Assembly: GCA_023334545.1 (NCBI GenBank)
Contig: JAADVB010000022.1
Span: forward strand, 60,398 to 124,397
Length of the DNA: 64,000 nt
Source of the DNA: Salisapilia sapeloensis CBS 127946
Taxonomy: Eukaryota > Protista > Oomycota
Direction of reading: 5' to 3'
A model generated the notes under the pieces. It was not told the DNA's origin, searched no databases, and saw only the letters and a list, made by a program, of their open reading frames with translations. Positions 57,789 to 64,000 of this stretch are shown here, one piece after another; the stretch's first letter is position 1; each line of letters begins with the position of its first letter. The position numbers were made by a program, and so were the translations under genes.

Positions 57789-59660
57789 CTACCACGAAGT
57801 CTTGCAACCTTGTTGTGGACATAGTCGTGGTCGTCGTACTAGCCGTTCGCCGAACGCATTTCCCTTTCGTACAAGTAGCGTGAAGATCATGCTGCACACA
57901 ATGGCCGTTGCGATCGTCGCATTCGTCATTTTGGACATCCAGCCGGCACTACTGCGTATATATTCGACAAAGACGAAAGCGAGGAATAAGACGACCAGTT
58001 TGATCCCTAGCTCTTCGACACTTTCGTCCGCATTCGTCAATGCAAACGGTGACTGATGCGCCATGCTGCCTCGATGGTCTGCAGGTACGTAATTGACTAG
58101 CAACAGATCCACGACATCCTGTCGATATGCGTCGATAAAGTTGTTCATGATGTATCGAACACAAGAGTTAATGCCATCCTGCACAGCTCCTTGCTTCGTA
58201 CGCTTCCCTGTACGCGTAAAGTCTGTCTTGAGGGCACCTGTACCGGCATAGAGATCGCTAATCGCATCAGCGTTATTGCCCCACATATTCTTAAAGGTCG
58301 TCTCGAGCGACGGGTATGGGGAGTTCAACACGTCTCCTTTCAATGCTGCAGCATCATCTAGTTGGAGAAGGAGACTGCGACGAGCAAAGAGGGACTGGAC
58401 AACGTTCGTCCGGTCTAGATTGTCCATGCAATTCGTACGCAAAACGCCTTGCTGTCTACTTACGACCGTCCCGTCTGGACGTTGGCTGAAGAAACCGTCG
58501 TCGACAAAGTCATCTTCGACGAGAGCAAGTAATTTCGCCAAGTTTCCCCACTGCATCTTTCGACACTCGTGGTGGAAGTCAAACCAGACGAGTCGGACGT
58601 TGGCAAGGATATGAGCGTCCGAGCTGGCTGCTCGATTCACAGTCCGAGCAAGAGCCTCCCCCAGCTTCCTCTGCTCCTTCTTTTGATCAATGAGGTTTAC
58701 GATGACTACTCGACCGTACGTATGCATGAGATCGTATGCGTGTTTACAAAAGGCTTTGGAATCTTCTTCTCCATGGTCTCGCTGATAGACTTTGGGAGCG
58801 TACTTCATGCTGACGGGTGAACTCCAGTAGACTGGGATGGAGCCTCGGATCTGCACGAATGACGAGCGTCGGCCGTCTTCGAAGAGGGCAATTTGTTCTG
58901 TCTCGACAAAGTTCGCGACGTTGCCTTCGGAGTCCACTCCACGCATCGTAAAACGCGTTCCTTGACGTCGGCAGGATCGACGAGAGATGTAGAGTAGACG
59001 GAAGGATTTTCCAGAAACGTCGAGGACGTCTGTGCGTTCAATGTATGCTTGTACGATAGGTGTTAACCAGGAAAACAAATTGTCTTGGATGAAGCGACTG
59101 CATGCAGGGTAGTTCCATGCAAATCTCTGATCAGCTCGTTCTGCAATGCACATGTCAGATCGACTTTTTTTCGAACCAGTGTCTACACCGGTCTCTATGG
59201 ACGCAATGCGCTGTAAAGAGTGTGTTAGGTCGTAAGTGTAGGAGAAATGAAGTTTCTGAGCTTTGATGTTGTATGTCAGCATCTTAAGGAATCTGTCTTC
59301 ATCCTGCTCTTGACTCTTATTCAGCTTATAGACGTCGGAATTGGTCGGAATGAGCAATAACTCGATTTTATCGACCGATTGAATCGGTTCATCCTGCGGT
59401 CCGCGAGCAACAGTCGTGCTTTCAGTCACGAGGGCCAAGTAAGGACCTTTAAGGAGGTCGAAAATGCCGTATATCGCGTGGAATGGGAAACGACGCCCAC
59501 GAAGATGATGGACAGACGTTACGGGCGCTTCGTGGATAGAGAGACCAGAAGCACCCACGGAGCGTGAGATGCAGATGCATTCTGATCGTTGACGGTGGAG
59601 TATTAAGAGCTGGTCATCCTGAATGACGAGCTGGTAAGGTGTCTCCAAAGGTGCGATCAT
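57789..59660 (-). CDS. SACM1L: SAC1 phosphoinositide phosphatase
   Basis: ISRRSCRRQGTRFTMRGVD..ANFVETEQ; QIRGSIP; RTNCMDNLDRTNVVQ; two C-terminal TM helices. Confidence 0.95.
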   Translation of the reverse strand: MIAPLETPYQLVIQDDQLLILHRQRSECICISRSVGASGLSIHEAPVTSVHHLRGRRFPFHAIYGIFDLLKGPYLALVTESTTVARGPQDEPIQSVDKIELLLIPTNSDVYKLNKSQEQDEDRFLKMLTYNIKAQKLHFSYTYDLTHSLQRIASIETGVDTGSKKSRSDMCIAERADQRFAWNYPACSRFIQDNLFSWLTPIVQAYIERTDVLDVSGKSFRLLYISRRSCRRQGTRFTMRGVDSEGNVANFVETEQIALFEDGRRSSFVQIRGSIPVYWSSPVSMKYAPKVYQRDHGEEDSKAFCKHAYDLMHTYGRVVIVNLIDQKKEQRKLGEALARTVNRAASSDAHILANVRLVWFDFHHECRKMQWGNLAKLLALVEDDFVDDGFFSQRPDGTVVSRQQGVLRTNCMDNLDRTNVVQSLFARRSLLLQLDDAAALKGDVLNSPYPSLETTFKNMWGNNADAISDLYAGTGALKTDFTRTGKRTKQGAVQDGINSCVRYIMNNFIDAYRQDVVDLLLVNYVPADHRGSMAHQSPFALTNADESVEELGIKLVVLFLAFVFVEYIRSSAGWMSKMTNATIATAIVCSMIFTLLVRKGNAFGERLVRRPRLCPQQGCKTSW

Positions 59661-59980
59661 GGTTGTGAGTTTGTGCTATTCTGACGTGGTATCCTAGACA
59701 TCCACAAAAGTGAGTAATATCCATTCCTAATGTGGTGCTTTCGTAGGAGTGTTATGACTCTTCAGCTCCTCTTTGTTTGTCCGATTGACAAAGTATACAA
59801 GCTTGTAGCTCGGCGTGCCAATACGTCATACTGTCAAGGCGTTGTAAGTCAATGGCGTCTACCACGGAAAGTGTACAGTACTCCACATTAATTTCTGTTC
59901 GAAAGCTGACTTGATAAAAGTATGCAACGGCTCCAACATGACAAGAGCTCCTGAAACGAGCTAACGACGCTACTATTTCT

Positions 59981-60816
59981 ATGCAGTCCTCTGACGGTCA
60001 AAAGCTTACTTGTAGCTCCAAATGGATAGCTGTAGAGAAAGGTATGCTATCTAGGCTACTCTTTCCAAATCCAGTGTGCCTTTTGTCCGTCCGAGACCCA
60101 ACTTCTGGCAAGATGAACGTGATGACTATCACCTGGCTCACAGCTACCAACAATAATGTCCGTTCACTCGATACCATGTAGTCCTGCTGCTAGAAGCCTG
60201 GTTGCTGATAATATGTGCACGCAGGGTAGCTTTGTATGCTCCATGAATTGCAATCGTCATACTGCCAGCTACCTGACTTCTGAACAAGCTACGTTTGGTA
60301 CGATCTCACGCTTCGTGTTCACAATCAGCAGATCCAAAGTAGCTTACTATGAATCAATGCCGATTTGTAGTACTTAATATTCCAGTTCGAGGCATGGAAG
60401 AGGTAGTGCTGAGCGTCGGAAGCTGTTCGGGTGCAGAAACCAACAAGTTTGAGACGCTGGACATCCAACCTTGTCTTCCCGGTTCACTAGCCATAGGCTC
60501 AACAGATCAAGTAAAACAGCCCTCATCAAAGAAGCAAAAACGATCAAGACGAGAGTTGGAGCGAGAGGCAATAGAAGAAGCCCGACAAGAGTCCGTCGCT
60601 ATCGACGGATGCGTCGCCCATATTTTGTGCCGAGTTAAAAGTTATGAAGAAGGCGAAGGACACTATCTTTTCAAGTGCACTCAGGTAGCGGCATGGGCAA
60701 ATGAGAGCTACTGGGACGGTCGTAACTTTATCCCACGAACAGCAGAAACTGCGCCATACCTGACTTTCCTAGGCAGTCAAGTGTTTGGATACGTGCATCC
60801 TCGAGCATCGTCGTAG
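59981..60816 (+). CDS. Flavin-reductase-like FMN-binding split-barrel protein, multi-exon
   Basis: SRLLFPNPVCLLS..NVMTITWLT; FVVLNIP..VGSCSG..KF; AIDGCVAHILC. Confidence 0.82.
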
Positions 60817-61095
60817 CAAGCAAGACACAGTCAAGACAAAAGTAGGTGAATTGTATTGATGTATGAACTTACACTACATAAGAGTCGAAAAGGATTTAAA
60901 GAAATGAGATGGAACGATCAGGATGTTGTCCTTGGAGTTGACTTCCGAGTCCGTGTCGAAAGCTCCTAACTATCCCCACGACTCCCAAACGATGCTGTCT
61001 ATGCGTTTTAGTCTTACAGCCCAGCCAATGGACTCCTCATGTCTACTTTCTTGTTAGTAGTTGTCGACGACGTCATCGCTTCCAAGTTTCCATTG

Positions 61096-62909
61096 CTATC
61101 TTCCACCTTCGGCGGACTGTGTACCGACGTGAGTCGGTGTCTCGGGTGAAGGTGTATATGCATTATCTGTCTGTGCGTCATTGTCCAACAGTCCCTGTTC
61201 GAGCTCTGCTTGCCTCCTCCTCTCCTCTCTCAACCGTCTTCTTTTCAAAATCTTTCGCTTCTTCCAGCTTAAGTAGATGAGTATGCCGATCGAGATGACG
61301 ATTATCACGATACACACGATGACAACGTACATCCACCACTTCCAAAAGTGGCAAGGCTTCCCACCAAACGGCCATAGCTGTGTCACTTCATTCTGGTCTC
61401 GATCGTCGTCCGCGAGACAGTCACAGAATGAATCGACATCCGACAGTGCCTCCACCGTGACCGATTTCGATGACTTGACGCCGTTCGGACAGTTATCAGC
61501 CTTGGCAAGACCCACACGAGAGTTCTCTCGATCATGAACAGTCAACAGTCCGTCGAGAAAGACGTCTCCGAGCATCGTCGAATCTCCTTCCGACACACCA
61601 AAGACTCTACAAGCTATTTGCTTTTCGACAGACTCCCCAGTCGTAATGTCCGTCGTCGACGAAGTGACCGAGACTGGACGCCAGAGGTACTCTGGAGGCA
61701 CTGTCACTGTGATCTGTTCGTTGTCGTTTTCCGACGCGAGTGAGATGGAAAAGGATGGAAGGTCGTACAAGGCAGAATCTGCGTTCGCTGGGTCGCAGAA
61801 ACTCGTGCAGCACAGCGCGCCTTCATTGAAATACTCGTCGTCTAGACCTGGATAAACGCTCTGAACAGCTTTACGCATCTTCGATATGAACGCATTGTAC
61901 ACGTCCGTCGGGAAGGCAATATTGCTCGTACCAGAGTCCAACATGGACTTGGGCGTGTTAATGTCGGAGCAGTCAAGCCCAAGACTTTCTCCATCGACTG
62001 CAATGTCCGTGACGAGGACGTTGTACCATTTCTCGTGTACCAATGGCGTGTACGCGATCTCTCCTTCGTAGTACTTTGTATTATCTTTTCCGTCGATACC
62101 ACCCATGATGAGCTCACCAGCATGCAGGTTGTCTGTATGGTACGTGCTGTTGGTGACGTTGCCAATCTCTGCTACTAGACTACCTTCACTGGACGGATTG
62201 GACGTGGCGAGCGATTGCAACGCACCACAGAGCTGCATACTGAAGATGTCGTCTAGATTAAAGTAGTTTTGCATCGTGTTAAAGTACGGGGTAGCAGGAT
62301 CATCATCTGGCTCGGCGATTTCTTTGAAAGCGAGGCCGATGAGACCGTCGTAGCCGGTTTGGATAAAGTCGTTCTGCTCTAGGATTTCGACAAACTCGAC
62401 GTCCGGGACTTTTCCCAATTCAAATGAGGAGAAGGTGTCATGCACGAGTTTACCAGACCAGGAGCCAAGGACGTAGCTAACGGATACTGTCCGGTCTTCT
62501 TCCTTGCATGTCGAGGAATCAGCACAGGAATAGAGGTGGTTTGTAGACCCTGCACAGCAGTCTTTCGTCACGATTGCAGTGTTTGCAGAGCCTGTATCGA
62601 CCAACAGGTCGAATGTATTCTATCCGTACACGTAAATACATATAGCTTTGGTGGAAGATTATGTGAAGTACTTACATCGTTATTGTCTGAAGAGCTCGTG
62701 GACGTCGGCTGACCGACGGTAACCTCGGCGTAGTAAGCTAGAGACAGTCGAAATCAGTTCAGTAAATCTAAGAGGTAGACGAAGCAGGAGTACATACCGA
62801 CACCAGTCGGGACGCCGTATAAATGCTGCTGAATGACTTCAGCGTGTACAGGAACGGAGAAGACCACTAGAGAACATACTGCTGCGTGTATCATAAAGTG
62901 GTGGTGCAT
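61096..62909 (-). CDS. Membrane-anchored pepsin-family (A1, BACE-like) aspartic protease
   Basis: Signal peptide exon; YYAEVTVG; catalytic VDTGS and LDSGT; LGDVFL; C-terminal TM followed by a basic stop-transfer segment. Confidence 0.92.
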
Positions 62910-63418
62910 GCTCTCGCTGGTGTGCGCTACTCGACCTCGGAACAAGGTAGGAGAGTGCGATTGCGGCAGCGAAGTGGACACGAAAAGGCTGTCACTAACG
63001 TCGGTCGACAAGGCACGAAGGTGTGAAGTCGAGATACGCCGGTGAGCAATGTCCAAAGAGCTGGAGTAGGTGAATATTTCACGCGTTTGTTGATGGCATC
63101 CTCGGTTTCAAAGTATACAATGTGTTTTACTTAGTAATACTATTTGTTGCGCTCATATATTTGTAGGACAAGAGATGAACAGATGCTTGAACAGATGGCG
63201 GTTTCAAACTGATCGATTGCATTTCGGTACCATGATGGTACACTTATCCTAGCTGTATTATCTATTTGATCCTAAAGATATGTTCAGCACCTTTTTTGCT
63301 GGATGGCTTTGTAGGATAGAGCAATATCTTGTCGTACGCTCTGTCCAGAGTATATCTTTTGCTATCTTTGGATACGACATCACAGATCAACAGAAGATAA
63401 GACGGGTAAAAATCAAAT

Positions 63419-64000
63419 TTATTCTGTGAAATCCATGGGTGTCGTCAGCTCTTCCCACGCTTCTACTTCCGTCTTGCTTGCGTCAATAGCGTTCTTCACA
63501 CTTTCCACGGCATCCTTTCCAAGCGGCATGCGACCAGGAAGTGTCTTGCCTTCACAGCGGCCAGTCTTCGTAAGAGCTTCCACAATGAACTTGCCAGCCT
63601 TGGACGGATCTCCAGGTTGCTTTCCATTCATCTTGTCCAAAAACTCGTATCTTGGGTTCGTAACCGAGTTGTAGTCCTCAATCTTATTCTCAGCAATGTT
63701 TCGTCCATTGCCAAAGGAAGTTCGGAACATGCCAGGTTCAATGCATGTGACTTCAATACCAAGGTGCTCCACTTCCTTTCGCAAGCTTTGCGAAAGCCCT
63801 GCCAGAGCAAATTTCGTTCCAAAGTACATGGATGTAGCTGGCGCACCGACCCATCCTCCTAATGAACCGATGTTCGCAATGACACCGGATTTCTGCTTGC
63901 GCATGTAAGGCAGCACAGCTTTCGTGACAGCAATGACACCAAAGACGTTCGTGTTGTATTGGCGGAACACTTCTTCGCGACTGCACTCTTCCACAGCTCC
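63419..64000 (-). CDS. Classical short-chain dehydrogenase/reductase, 3' part (5' end beyond the window)
   Basis: NTNVFG; NIGSLGG; YFGTK (YxxxK); IEPGMFRT; QPGDP. Confidence 0.93.
   Translation of the reverse strand, partial: GAVEECSREEVFRQYNTNVFGVIAVTKAVLPYMRKQKSGVIANIGSLGGWVGAPATSMYFGTKFALAGLSQSLRKEVEHLGIEVTCIEPGMFRTSFGNGRNIAENKIEDYNSVTNPRYEFLDKMNGKQPGDPSKAGKFIVEALTKTGRCEGKTLPGRMPLGKDAVESVKNAIDASKTEVEAWEELTTPMDFTE

Overview
Gene-dense eukaryotic genomic DNA (about 50% GC) with short GT-AG introns (mostly 43-65 nt, CTRAY branch points) and very short intergenic gaps. Oomycete INR-FPR core-promoter motifs, an oomycete-type HSF, a secreted tyrosinase, a CYP86-clan-like P450 and the axonemal gene EFHC1 point to a flagellated oomycete or close relative (inference). 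I count about 36 protein-coding genes, mostly housekeeping, plus two paralogous tRNA-Gly genes. No intact transposon, rRNA or CRISPR array was seen. Most unusual: (1) a transposon-type FAR1/WRKY-like Zn-finger domain spliced in frame to dCTP pyrophosphatase; (2) a diverged 5-unit array of about 121 bp in which each unit looks like an exon plus mini-intron but shares no common reading frame; (3) an APP1-like HAD phosphatase with TM segments, 8 KOW/SH3-like repeats and a CaaX box; (4) a C2 protein with an oleosin-like hairpin. All family assignments come from motif recognition by eye; no database searches were run.
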